A stretch of 64,000 bases of DNA from Octopus vulgaris. Its lineage: Eukaryota. Under the pieces are notes generated by a model that saw only the letters and a list, made by a program, of their open reading frames with translations, had not been told where the DNA came from and did no database searches. Where the stretch lies: assembly GCA_951406725.2 (NCBI GenBank), contig OX597823.1, positions 76,322,001 through 76,386,000 of the forward strand, in the 5' to 3' direction. How positions within the stretch are numbered: position 1 is the first letter of the stretch; every line of letters starts with the position of its first letter. This document shows, piece after piece, positions 25,991 to 38,770 of the stretch. Position numbers and translations under genes: made by a program.

Positions 25991-26498
25991 AAGATATTTT
26001 TGAAGGATTGACTGATATATTTTAATACATTTAATTAACCAAAATTACTTTATTGTTATATATGCTATTAGTGAATACGATGCCATCAAATATATTGTGC
26101 ATATATATTTTCGTGTTACAATGTGGTGCATTTTTCCGGCATTTTATGTTAATATGTTCTGATATTTTTGTTTCAGCATTTAAGACAAAACTAATTAGAT
26201 GACCCAATATCTAAAAATCCGTTTAGCAACTACTGTATTTTATAAAGAGTTAAAGAGGTGTAGAATGTTAAGTGTTGTGAATTCCCAAATATGGAGGCCT
26301 TCCATTGTGTCAAGAACCAGAGCCAGTCTAGAGAAAATGGTACTGTATTCTGATTCAGTGCCCACAGACTTGCCCTAAAATTAGTCCAGGAACTTTGGTA
26401 ATGGAAATTATGATAACTAGAATAATTAGTAATATTTAATTTCAATTTTTTCAAATATTGAGACCATAACCAAACATTTCTCTATCACACACACACAC

Positions 26499-26551
<53 letters not shown>

Positions 26552-26554
<3 letters not shown>

Positions 26555-26953
26555 TTATATATAAAAGTCAAGTTGTGTGTCTGTCTCCTACGATTTAGAT
26601 TCCTAACTACTCCCACATTTTGCGGTGCAGTTTAACCAAAACCGGGTATCTTATAGTCGTGATTCATATCGAGCCCTTCTGGGTATTAGCGCGCGTCTAC
26701 GATGAGTCTACGATTTAAAAAAAAATTTACCATATTTTTTTTCCATTTTAATGCATTTTTTCGCTGTTATATAAGGGAAGTAACTCTCTAAAAATATCTA
26801 CGATGAGTCAACGATTTAAAAAAATTTACCATAATTTTTTTTCCATTTTTAATGCATTTCTTTGCTATTTTTTTTTTTTTTGCTATAGCTCTCTAAAAAT
26901 GCTTATATAGTTATTTCCCTTACAAACCCGAGCAACGCCGGGCGATACTGCTA

Positions 26954-26954
<1 letters not shown>
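26552..26954 (+). mobile_element. Non-autonomous Helitron, second subfamily, inserted in (TA)n
   Basis: TC start and the same 3' end aaacccgagcaacgccgggcgatactgCTAG as 2732-3118, with a different interior carrying a ~100-bp duplication. Confidence 0.85.
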
Positions 26955-26992
<38 letters not shown>

Positions 26993-27544
26993 AACACATA
27001 CATACACATACAACACTTACACATACATGAGAATTCTAATTTTTATTGAAGGAGTGATATTTTTGTACAAAAATATAATGTAGAAGAAAATATAACAATG
27101 GATAACTGCTTTACTTCTCTCCATTTCTTTCCCTCTTTCTTTTGTCACATTAAATGATATTTTAATGAGGAAGCATTTTTTGTGCAGCATGGTAGAGATG
27201 ACACAATAAATTCATACGAATTCATTTGCCAGCATAATTGATGAGACAATGTGAGAAACAGAAGCAATGTCAGGTTAAAAATTTAATTTTACTGCAAATA
27301 AATAACCATATGAATTGTCATTTTAAAATATGTTTCTAGTGCATGTATTTTATTATGGAAAAAATAATGGACTAAGCAGAAAATATCCAGGAGCGCCTGC
27401 TGCTTAGAAAATAAACAGTAAAGTAGGCACAAACCATTCTTAGAGTAGTGAGTTTGTAATGTTTTGATAATTTAAATTACACTCACATCAATTAGAGAAA
27501 ACCATTGCTTTAATTACTGACAGTCCAAAAAATTTTAATGAATG

Positions 27545-27703
27545 GGCATAGGAGTAGCTGTGTGGTAAGTAGCTTGCTTTCCAACCGCATGGTTCCGGGT
27601 TCAGTTCCACTGCGTGGCACGTTGGGCAAGTGTCTTCTACTATAGCTTCGGGTTGACCAAAGCCTTGAGTGGATTTGGTTGCTGGAAACTGAAAGAAGCC
27701 CAT

Positions 27704-27747
<44 letters not shown>

Positions 27748-27972
27748 CGTGTGTAATATGTTTGTGTGTCTGTGTTTGTCACCCTAACATCGCTTGACAA
27801 CCGATGCTGGTGTGTTTACGTCCCCGTAACTTAGTGGTTCAGCAAAAAAGGCCGATAGAATAAGTACTAAGCTTACAAAGAATAAGTCCTGGGTTCGGCT
27901 TGCTCTACTAAAGGCGGTGCTCCAGCATGGCCGCCGTCAAATGACTGAAACAAGTAAAAGAGCAAACGAGTA
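27545..27972 (+). mobile_element. SINE family B, full length
   Basis: Head to gtaaaagag tail. Confidence 0.88.
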
Positions 27973-28027
27973 ATTAAAGTGATCACTACAGTAATGTTTT
28001 TAGTGCTTAGAAGTCTGGTAACAATTA

Positions 28028-28070
28028 CTATAGGCATGTTTCAGTCCTATTAGACCTCATCGGTGAGGTA
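28028..28070 (-). ncRNA. Degenerate minimal hammerhead
   Basis: Minus strand reads cCGATGA-ggtc taatag gact-GAAAcatgcc. U4 and the cleavage site are substituted. Confidence 0.35.
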
Positions 28071-28670
28071 TTCTCTAAAATAAAATCCGAGATTTAGAAT
28101 GACTTGGAAAATTTTCGCTAATAATTCTTCTGTTTCTGCACCGTACTTTTGTTCATTAAGATCCTCTGTTTATCTCTAGTCTTGTTTGCGTGTGTTTGTG
28201 TGTGGTTGTATTGGATGTAGCTCTTAGCAAGGTGGCAAGCAACCACCAATAAAACAGGCCCCAAGCAGCAACTTTTTAAAGTTGACAGCTACAAAAGAAA
28301 AGGAAACAAAAAGCTTCTGATGAGAAGTTGCCTTTAGAAAGATAAAATGATCAATACAAGACTTTAAAAAATGAAGATCCTGTTTATCTATAAAACATGA
28401 AAAAAGTGTTCTTGAGCAAGTACCTTCACCATAACCTCAGGTCAACACGAGATTGGAATAAACTTGTTATTCATAGATCCAGCTAGATACTGTTTGTATG
28501 TTTCATTTATATGTTTCACTAATTCCACTTGAGAATTACATTTAGGCTATATGCCTCTTCAGAATACACTACTATTTCACAAATTAATTCGATTGTAAGG
28601 TCACCTAGTTGATGTAACAACTGGATATGTATTTGCTGGAACTAACATAAGAGTTCATTATTATCATATA

Positions 28671-29058
28671 CTAGCATTATCGCCCAGCGTTGCTCAGGTT
28701 TGTTTCAACCCTTTAGAATTGAAATTTTTGAAGAATAAAAATTTTGCATTATGTAGCTTGTTATTCTCTTTAAGTGAACATTGTTCTGGTTGAAATACAC
28801 CGAAAAATGGCGACACAGCAGTCAAAAAATATTAAAAAATAGGGATTTTCATAGAAAAAAAGCACCTTTTTGATATAAATAATTTTTGGTGTTAACATGG
28901 CCCGATTTGAATTTTTTTTTCCCTACGGAAGGAAGAGCAAGCTTTCTTCTATCAGGATCTCAATTTTGGTCAACTTGTGCCACAGGGTCTCGGAGGAGAT
29001 AATGTTAGTTGAAGGCTACCAAACTTGCCATACACAGACAACTTCAGCTTTATATAGA
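28671..29058 (-). mobile_element. Non-autonomous Helitron (same family as 2732-3118)
   Basis: Colinear reverse-complement homology with CTAG and TC termini. Confidence 0.85.
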
Positions 29059-29289
29059 TTTTATGATGTGGTAACTGTGTCACGTGCTACATTGTATGTA
29101 AATTAGGTGTTATGTGATGTGGTGTCTGTGTTACGTATATATATGCATTAGATGACGTGTCATGTATTGTATGATGCTTTTGTATACTTTTGCTCTATTC
29201 TATGTAATGTTGTGTGTTGTGTGTGTATATTTTATGTGATGTGTTGTATAATGAATTGTATATTGTCTTGTAAGATGTGTTTTTGTTTT

Positions 29290-29495
29290 CTTGAGAAAGA
29301 CACTAACAACTCTACCTGCAACACGAAGGTCATTACTACTTGCCAAGATCAAGGAGGTGTTCAAAGATCTAGGAGGTGTTCAAAGATCTTCCCAGGGACA
29401 TAGTGAAGAATGCATGAGCTAGGTTCCAGGGCCATCTTGAGGACATGGTGGAAGCTGAGGGCAGCTAAATTGAGTAAAATATTATCTGCCAACCA
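29290..29495 (+). mobile_element. Tc1/mariner 3' fragment
   Basis: Homologous to 38030-38220. Confidence 0.55.
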
Positions 29496-29499
29496 TGCT

Positions 29500-29903
29500 T
29501 TCTTTTACTCTTTTACTTGTTTCAGTCACTTGACTGTGGCCATGCTGGAGCACCACCTTTAGTCGAGCAAATCGACCCCAGAACTTATTCTTTGTAAGCC
29601 TAGTACTTACTATATCAGTCTCTTTTGCCAAACCGTTAAGTTACGCGGACGTAAACACATTAACATAGGTTGTCAAGCGATGTTGAAGGGAGAAACACAG
29701 ACACATAAACATATATATATGTATACATATATACATATATACGACTGGCTTCTTTCAGTTTCCGTCTACCAAATCCACTCACAAGACTTTGGTCAGTCCG
29801 AGGCTATAGTAGAAGATACTTGCCCAAGGTGCCATGTAGTGGGACTGAACCCGGAACCATGTGGTTGTTAAGCAAGCTACTTACCCCACAGCCACTCCTG
29901 CAC
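29500..29903 (-). mobile_element. SINE family B
   Basis: Full-length match. Confidence 0.87.
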
Positions 29904-30164
29904 CAATAGTTGATATTTTTTGAATTTTTAAAATAATTTTATTTTTGGATGGGATATTATGGTTTCTTTCCTTTTCATGCAAACTATCAAATTTAGTCTA
30001 AACACCTTATATGTTATACTATGTTGAATGTCACTGTGTGTCTTGCTATTGTTATTTACCCCTAGATATACCCAAATCAGCAGTTTTATGATCAGGGCTA
30101 TTGTAACCATACCCATTTTGTCCCTCTAGTGAGTTATCTTTGGTTACATTAGCTGAAAAGGCTG

Positions 30165-30375
30165 CAGGCTGGCAGAATCGTTAACATGCCAAGCAAAATG
30201 CTTAGCGGCATTTCTTCCGATATTACATTCTGAGTTCAAATTCCACTGAGGTCAGCTTTGCCTTTCATCCTTTCGGGGTCGATAAATTAAGTACCAGTGA
30301 ATTACTGGAGTCGATACAATCGACCTATCCCCTCCCGCAAAATTTCGGACTTTGTGCCTTTAGTAGAAAAGATTA
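30165..30375 (+). mobile_element. SINE family A, tail 2
   Basis: Full core. Flanked by a repeated attagctgaaaag, a likely TSD. Confidence 0.85.
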
Positions 30376-30844
30376 GCTGAAAAGACCTACTGGTTAACAA
30401 TAGTTGGGTATAACTTGAAGAGAGAAATTTGACAGATATTTCTAAAAATCAATTAACCGAACAGAGGCTCTGCCATTTATGAGTATGTGAAGTGATTTTG
30501 ATGTATTAGGGATATTGCAGTATTTTACCTTCAAACATTAGCTAAAAACCAAATTATGATTCTAAAAGTATATGTAGCTTCGTCTTCTTATTTCTTTGCA
30601 TATATTTTGAGGTGTCCTGGGAGGATCATTATGCCAATAACAAACACACACATTGGTTCTATTTCAATTCTTCCATTATTAATAGTCAAGTTTTGACATT
30701 CAACCAGTTAACTACTTGGCTGTTCGATTAATCATTTGGTCAGTCCTAATCAAGTATTCTCATATATGAAGGCTTTCCAGCCATTTTCCCTATATCATTT
30801 TTCATTCCAGATAAATAACATCAGAACTACATTATTAAAGTGAA

Positions 30845-31420
30845 AGTACATGGCTCAGTGATTAGAGCATCGGGTTCACAATTTGAAGTAGAGAGTTCGA
30901 TTCTTGGATCAGGCTGTGTGCTGTGTTCTTGAGCAAAACACTTCATTTCATGTTGCTCCAGTAGACTCAGCTATAGAAATGAGTTGCAACATCACTGGTA
31001 CCAAGCTGTATCAGTCTTTGCTTTTCCCTTGGATAACATCAGTGGCATGGAGAGGGGTGGCTGGTATGCATAAACAACCTTGCCCTGACTTATTTCTTTA
31101 CTGCCTGCAAGGTTATACACAGAGGGGACAAACAAGGACAGACGAACGGATTAAGTCGATTATATAGACCCCAGTGCATATTTAATCGACCTCAAAAGGA
31201 TGAAAGGCAAAGTCGACCTCGGCGGAATTTGAACTCAGAATGTAACAGCAGATGAAATACCGCTAAGCATTTTGCCAGGCATGCTAATGTTTCTGCCAGC
31301 TCGCCGCCTTTCTTGAGCCAGCTCACCAGCTCACAACCCTGCCCAGACTTGTGCCTTTGAGAGGACCTTTCTCGGTGCAATCCCATGTTCATTCATGACT
31401 GAAGGGGGTCTTTACCCTTT
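30845..31420 (+). mobile_element. SINE family D with a nested family A copy (31092-31308, minus strand)
   Basis: A-box tggctcagtga, B-box gagttcgattc, core gtgttcttgagcaaaacac, interrupted by an inverted family A copy. Confidence 0.75.
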
Positions 31421-31599
31421 TACATTATTAAACATATCCTTTCTTTTTAGTTTTGAAAGCTTGTGTTACTATGTTAGTCATATTGTAGTTGGTGTTACCA
31501 TTCATCCTATTGTGGTTTCTGTACTAAACTAGGCCAGACCTGACTAGTAAAAATCTAACCAGAAGCATAACATTTGTGATCATGCTATATTTTCATTCA

Positions 31600-32240
31600 T
31601 TATCATGACATTTCATCAAAGCGAATTTTTCAAAGAATAATTTTGCAAATATGTTACGTTATTTTGTAGAACATTTATTATTTGTTAATAGTCTGTAATT
31701 GTTGATTTCTATAATTTTTGTGGACATCAAAATTTCATATCAACCAATCAGACAATACGGTACAACATACACTAGGTCATCTAATGTCTGCTTGGTATTG
31801 ATTATTTTTGCCTACAGTCCTATAACAGTGTGTGTTGAGTAGAAGAAAACATAAACCAATTTTTAATGGCTTTTCATACGTTAGCAGTAAGACTGTCAAC
31901 AATGTCATATATTGGAGATGTGACAAGTACTTGACATGCAAGTTGTCTATAATTATTCAATATTTAAATTTATTCTACCAAATAATATATTTGAAAAATT
32001 TATGCTATGAAATGTTGTTTTGATAAAAATATAAATTGATCAAAAGTTGTTTTGTAAAAAGTTGATTAATAAAGAAATCATTCAATTGTAAAAACGTCTG
32101 ATGAAAGTTGTCTGAAGAAAGTTGTTTGGTGAAAGGTTGTTTGATGAAAAGTTGTTTGATAAAAGGCATTTTTTTATGTAAATTATTTGAGGCAAAGTTG
32201 TTTGACAAAAATGTGTTCAACAAAAAGAAGTTGAAACTTG
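31600..32240 (+). mobile_element. MULE-like remnant with FLYWCH fragment and tandem terminal subrepeats
   Basis: ORF 31832 (FNGFSY...NNVIYWRCDKYLTC) resembles a FLYWCH N-terminal half. ~15-bp aaagttgtttgatga repeats at 32040-32230, with inverted-like copies near 31610-31650. Confidence 0.5.
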
Positions 32241-32244
32241 GTTG

Positions 32245-32530
32245 CTTAACCACTACGCCATATGCCTGTGGGCATATGGTGTAGTGGTTAAGAGTGTGAG
32301 CTACTAACCCCAAGATTCTGAGTTCGATTCCAAGCTGTGACTTGAATAATAATAATAATAATAATAATATTAATAATAACATCGAAAAATACCTTAGGAA
32401 TGAGAATCCAGGTTCGAAATTTCCCCAAGACACATGATGAAGCCTGGAGGGTATATCAGCCGAAACATTGTGTTAACAACAAACGAGATGAGGACAAATA
32501 TCCATCAATTGTAAATAATGTAAATAATAT
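32245..32530 (+). mobile_element. tRNA-headed element with 5' inverted duplication and a hammerhead fold
   Basis: 22-bp inverted repeat at 32245-66/32271-92, A-box tggtgtagtgg, B-box gagttcgattcc, (AAT)n spacer, hammerhead-like fold at 32429-32474. Confidence 0.7.
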
Positions 32531-33234
32531 AAAAAGTTCCTTGTCTCTTAAATATAGAACTGTATTGCCATATATTGTTGAAAAATAATTTCTAAAGGCT
32601 GAGGACTTGAAAACTTGCACTCAATTTTAAAGAAATAGTACTCATAGGTCAAAAAGAAAAGATTTCTCCTTGATATTCAGATTGTCAAATGTAATGCTTA
32701 TTTATTTACATTGTTTGAATTAATTCTGCATTATCTTGCAGCTCCAAGATTTCAATGATGTGATAGTCAATTTTCAGAATGACATTGTTGTGTAGGTATG
32801 AGAGGCTGAATCTTGTTTGAACATAAAATAGCAAAATGTTAGGGTTGGTTATGACTGGTTTAAATGCTATAGAGTTAAATATCTGAGATGAGACATTAAC
32901 AATAAGATTTAAATTCTGATCATTAGATGGTTTATTCTTGTATATGTAAACAGTAGTAGGTATAGAGTCCAACAAGAAACTTTTGTTTGTAAAATAAAGA
33001 TAGAAAACGTTATTTTTAAACAAAGAGAAGGAATTTTTATTTCTAAAGCAGAAGATGTGGAGATCACATCTACAAGTCCTAATTATGGTCCTGGCTCCAA
33101 ACTCATTTCATTAGGGGTTTGACTTTTGGATTGAGCTATACATTGTTTCCTTCACTTTTATTAACATATTTCAGTTGAAAAAGACTGCTTTTGTTTCAAT
33201 TAATTTTGAAAATAATCAAGAATTTAAATAAATG

Positions 33235-33321
33235 AAGTTACGGGGATGTAAACACACCAACATCGGTTGTCAAGTGATATTGGTGGGACAAACACATACA
33301 CACAAACATATATACACATAT

Positions 33322-33375
<54 letters not shown>

Positions 33376-33538
33376 GACGGGTTTCTTTCAGTTTCCGTCT
33401 ACCATATCCACTCACAAGGCTTTGGTTGCCCTGACGCTATAGTAGAAGACACTTGCCCAAGGTGCCATGCAGTGGGACTGAACCCGGAACCATGTGGTTG
33501 GTAAGCAAGCTACTTATCAGACAGCCACTCCTGCACCC
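33235..33538 (-). mobile_element. SINE family B, 5' portion
   Basis: Matches family B. Appears nested in an older AT-rich MITE-like repeat (about 33150-33692). Confidence 0.8.
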
Positions 33539-33899
33539 ATAAATAAATGACCGTGATATTATTAAGTTGAAGTTTGGGACATGAATCTACATAAAATTGT
33601 GATGGAAGTGTTTAATTTAGAACACGTTAGAATTGGAAGTTTGTATTATGGAGCTAGGGGTAGTTTCAGGTGGCGTGATACCAAAAGGGTAAATTTTCAT
33701 GTTGCTCCTGTCTACAAAGCTGAAGCTATGTCCCAGAGGTCAGTGGGGATTAACCCAGCAATGGTATGGAATCTTATTCGGTAGATTGTCTTAATCACTT
33801 AATCACCTCAGAAACTTGATAAGTCTGTAGGCGCAGGAAAGTCTTTAACTGTTTAATTTCAAATATTCTTCTTTCAATAAAAACAATATTGCTAAGTCA

Positions 33900-34175
33900 C
33901 TCTTTACTCTTTTACTTGTTTCAGTCATTTGACTGCGGCCATGCTGGAGCACCGCATTTAGTCGAATCAAATCGACCCCAGGACTTATTCTTTGTAAGCT
34001 TAGTACTCATTCTCTATCGGTCTCTCTTGCCGAGCTGCTAAGTTATGGGGACGTAAACACACCAGCCTCGGTTGTCAAGCGATGTTGGGGAACAAACTGG
34101 GGTCGATTTGCTCGACTAAAGGTGGTGCTCCAGCATGGCTGCAGTCAGATGATTGAAAGAAGTAAAATAGAGTAC
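33900..34175. mobile_element. Tail-to-tail fold-back of two SINE family B 3' ends
   Basis: A minus-strand tail (33900-34095) is joined directly to a plus-strand tail (34097-34175). Confidence 0.8.
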
Positions 34176-35429
34176 AAGAGATATATATACACACACCAGT
34201 TATCGGACTATTTCTACAAAAAGATGACCTCTATTCAAAGTACCCAAAATCACTTACATCGTCTTAAAACAGACACATCTGTATAATGTCATCCTAGGTA
34301 GACTATTTATGAAGAAAAGCAACGAATGGACAGTCACAATTTGGATGCATTTAATTATAGTATATTCAATGAAGGTTGTCCTGGAACTAAACGATAATAA
34401 TGACAGCATGAGTCCTGCTCCTGAAACCATATTTCCTTCCACCACCACAACCAATAAAACGATAGCTTAATTCAAATCTTATCAAAAGCTCCTCATTTCT
34501 ATCCTAATAATCTGGATTGACAGGAAAAATAAACTCAAAACAACATTAAACTTAAATCAAATAAAACATTACCAAATCATTCCAGTCTATCAGAAAACAT
34601 ACAATTAAGTTGATGCCACTATTTTTGAACTCAAATTTTCCCTTACTCTCTCTCTCTCTCTTACTCTCATTCCCCTTATCTCTCTCTCATTCACCTCTCT
34701 CTCTCTCTCTCTCTCTCTCGCAGTCTCCCTTTCTCCCTCTCTGTCCTTATCTGTCTGTTCGTCCGTTTTCCTCTCTTTTACTATTGTATTTAATTTATCT
34801 CAATGATGCATTCACAAAAAGAAGAAAAAAAGGATTTGAAACAATAAACAGATAAATTCTTTACAAAAACTCAAAAATATAAAGTAAAAATGATAAGGTA
34901 CTAAAATCAAATGAAAGCAAAATTAAAATAAAATACTGAAATAAACACAATTTAGCTGTGATTTCTAATTTAGCTAAACTGTCCTTGTTGAAGTCATTTG
35001 CATCTGCATGAAGCCTAATGTTTAATTACACACACACTTTGTTTTGATTTTTACTGTGAAATTAATTAGTGATTCCTTGTATTTGGAGTGCTGGAAGGAT
35101 TCCACCAATCATGTGAATAATCTCAGACAAACAGATAGTCACTGGCTGATATACAATATGATATACACAAAAATGCAAGAAGTGAGATTGAACAAGAACA
35201 GGGCAACAACAGTAGCTACACCAGCAAAAAACGTCAACTACAGCTTAAATAGCTATGACGCCATGGTAATCACATTAAGCAGCAATGAATTTTATATTTA
35301 GTTATTCAACCAGCTCCATTGCAACATAGTATCAACAGTAAAATGTTCTTTAAAAGCTGTGTATTTTAACTTCCACATGTAAGCAGAAAATGAGGAGTAG
35401 TAAACAGGTGTTATTGTTTGTTGATGTTT

Positions 35430-35814
35430 CTTTGTTTGGTTGTTTGTTTGTTTGTTGAGCGAAGCGGTCTTCGTCCCAGTGGGCGAAGTCCGAAATGTGG
35501 TCCTTTGCTATTTGTAAGACCCGCAGAAGAGAAAGCAGGTCAAACCCCGACACCAAGAGCATCGACAGATGGATGAATGCGCATCCAGGCTCAGCGGTTG
35601 CATAGGAAGTTGGGGACAAGAAACAGGAAGAAAGCGTGAGAGAAAGCTGGAGCGAAACAGTACAACAGGGGTCACCACCTCCCCCTGCTGGAGCCTTGTG
35701 GAGCTTTAGGTGTTTTCGCTCAATAAACACACACAACGCCTGGTCTGAGAATCGAAACCGCAATCCTCCAACCGCGAGTCCACTGCCCTAACCATTGGGC
35801 CATTGCGCCTCCAC
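35430..35814 (-). mobile_element. SINE family C, tail type 1
   Basis: Full length, with TSD ttgttgatgttt on both sides. Confidence 0.88.
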
Positions 35815-36294
35815 TTGTTGATGTTTAGACTCAGGTCATCCATTATCAAACAGATATGTGATCAAAAAACAATCCATCCATGGCTATCCTGCTTTCTTAG
35901 GAGTTCATAGGACTATATTATCTGATGTATTTTGCTCTTATATAAACTGGTGTGTTATGATTTGAGGAAGATTTGACTGCTATTTCTAACAGCTATTTCG
36001 AGTGGCCACTTAGAATCTCATTTGTTGGCTGAGTTTATATACTGGGCACAGACTCAAATATATATACATATAAGAGAAGTGAAGACTAAGGAATGATAAT
36101 CGCTTATTCCTTTGTCTTCTCTTTTCTTATTACTACTCTGTACTCAACTGACACTTCGTTTAACAGTGTATATATACTGAGTTCTATACCTGGTTATTAG
36201 TATTGTGATGCTTAAGTGAAACACACACACATACGCACACTTACACACACACTGAATGATCAGGTTAAATTCAATGATATTTTACATACTCTCT

Positions 36295-37443
36295 CTTTCT
36301 CTTTACTCTTTTGCTTGTTTCAGTGATTTGAATGTGGCCATGCTGGAGCACTGCCTTTAGTCGAGCAAATCGACCCCAGGACTTATTCTTTGTAAGCCTA
36401 GTACTTATTCTATCATTCTCTTTTACTGAACTGCTAAGTTACGGGGACATAAACACACCAGCATCGGTTGTCAAGTGATATTGGGGGGGGTGACAAACAC
36501 TTATACACACATACATATATATATATACATATATATACGACGTGCTTCTTTCAACTTCCATCTACCATATCCACTCACAAGGCTTTGGTTGGCCTGAGGC
36601 AGTGGGACTGAACCTGGAACCATGTGGTTCGTAAGCAAGCTACTGTAGCAATAGCCATTTTAGCCATTTTGAAATGTGGCGCGAATTGGCCATATGACGT
36701 AATGTCTTTGCCGAAGAAATATCATTTTCGTTTTTTTTCCATTGGTTAATATAACTGCTCATATAAAGATTCTAGAAGTTTCGTAAAGAATATCTGTCTT
36801 GAATTTCGATTCTTTTTGAGTCAAGTGAGCAGTTATAAAAACCCTGGATTTTGGAAGATATTTCAGTGTTCGTTCGGTAGTCATTCAACTCCATGACACT
36901 CACTCTTTTGGAGACATCGGTAAATTTTTATGCCATGTCTACGTTAATCACAAATCTATTTTGATTTGTTGGTTAACGTATTAGATAGAAAAAGAAATTA
37001 GCTAAGGAATTTAAAGTCGTTTTTCTTCACGACTAAGTTATCTTTCTTACTGTAAATAAATATAAAATGTTATATTTATATAATAAAAATAATTAAAAAG
37101 AAATGTTTCTCTTCACGTTTGTTTTTCAACTGAGCATAGATAAATATGCATTTCTTTAATCTTTGATTTATGTTTCTTATAGCGGTTTAAAGGATACGAT
37201 TAAAATATTCAACATTCATGGTCGTTGATGTAGCGTTCCATGCGTAGATGTCTATATGACGTTATAACTGCAGTTAGGATTAAAGATATAATGATAACAC
37301 TTGAGTATAAGTGACGTTGAATCATTATATTCTCCCTAGCTTCAAGAGAAAAGCCTAAATAAATAATATAACCTAAGAGAAAGCTTAAGGTAGAATAAAC
37401 CGACAACCGCCATAGGAAACTACTTACCACACAGCCACTCCTC
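36295..37443 (-). mobile_element. SINE family B split by a ~775-bp insertion (36644-37419, solo-LTR-like)
   Basis: The SINE breaks at gcaagctac and resumes with ttaccacacagccactc at about 37424. The insert starts TGTAG and ctac appears at both junctions. Confidence 0.7.
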
Positions 37444-37459
37444 CATTTTGCAGGAACAA

Positions 37460-38323
37460 CTTGATTTATTGGTAAATAGTGAATGACATTGAAGAACATA
37501 AAGATTAAAGGTGTAGTTGAGAAAATGTCAGGTGACTTGGAGGGACAGAAGCCGTCTGAATATGGGAAAAGAATTACCTGTGTCATGATGATTTGCTTTG
37601 GGTGTCAAAATACAGATGTCATGACTGGTGCTCACTGCTCTGTGGTCACTGTAAAGGCTCTAAAACATGACATGGACAGCTGCAGTGGAGACTACTTAAC
37701 CATAGCAAGCAGGAAGGAACACATCCACATGTGCATAACATCTCAGAATTTTTATTGCATCCACACGTCAAAATTCATCCTCAAATCTTTGAATAGGGCC
37801 TTAGATTCAATTCAGATGGCTTGTGAAATTGTTGGAGACTGTAGTTAAACTCTGAGTGGAGAAAGTTGCTGATGGACACCCTTATTTATGGCTGCTGGGT
37901 TTTCAGCTCCTTGCCATATTTCTGGCAAGTATCAGAATTGGTTGTTGGAGAATTTCTATGACTTCCTAAACCCTAATTTTTGGCTCCCTAATTTCCCCAG
38001 TGTTAATCCCATAGATTTCTATGTGTGGAGCATCATTGAGTAGTCACCAACCGCTCTGCCTGCAACACTAAGGCTGAGCTGGTGACCAAGATCAAAGAGG
38101 TGTTTGAAGATCTTCCCAGGAACACAATAAGGAAAGCGTGAGCCAGGTTTGAAACACATCTTGATGTCAGAAGGGAAGCTGAGGGTGGCTAACTTGAGTA
38201 AAGCACTATCACCCAACCATAACCTAGTTGATACTTTTTGTTGTTTTAAAAATAATTTTATTTTTTGTAGGAATATTGTTTTTTTTTTCCTTTTATGCAA
38301 ATTGTCACATTTAAACATCCTAT
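37460..38323 (+). pseudogene. Tc1/mariner transposase fossil
   Basis: FWLPNFPSVNPIDFYVW resembles WP.NSPDLNP.DF.VW. Multiple stops and an internal deletion. Confidence 0.65.
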
Positions 38324-38715
38324 ATGTAAATATATAAATGCACACACACACACACACGTTACAAGTGTTGGCTTTAAGCCAATATAAGAAAAGGTATCTA
38401 TGAAATTATTACTCTTGTTCTTAACAACCATGATATATATGTTTTAGTGCTATGCTTTAAACACTCTAAACAAAGAAATGAAATCAAAGACATTATTGAA
38501 GTAATTAATATAATGAAACAAACTCCAGTGTTTTGTGTTAAATAACCTTCACCCTGGACCCAAACTGAAGGCAACACCAAAATATTTCAAATAATGAAAC
38601 TTTATTTTGACAAATTCTAAATTTATGCACCAAAAGAGCAAATTTATAAAATGGGGAATTTTCACAAGTTCTACTCATTATCATTATAAAATCTTAGAAA
38701 AGAATTTATCATTTT

Positions 38716-38719
38716 GTTA

Positions 38720-38768
<49 letters not shown>

Positions 38769-38770
38769 CA
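38716..38770. repeat. (TAT)n microsatellite, LINE target
   Basis: Direct inspection. Confidence 0.95.

Noticed and set aside
34257-34380. Possible minus-strand exon (ttccag acceptor, gtaagt donor, open frame)
   Set aside because: The peptide is unrecognisable and there are no supporting neighbouring exons; such sites occur by chance. RNA-seq would be needed.
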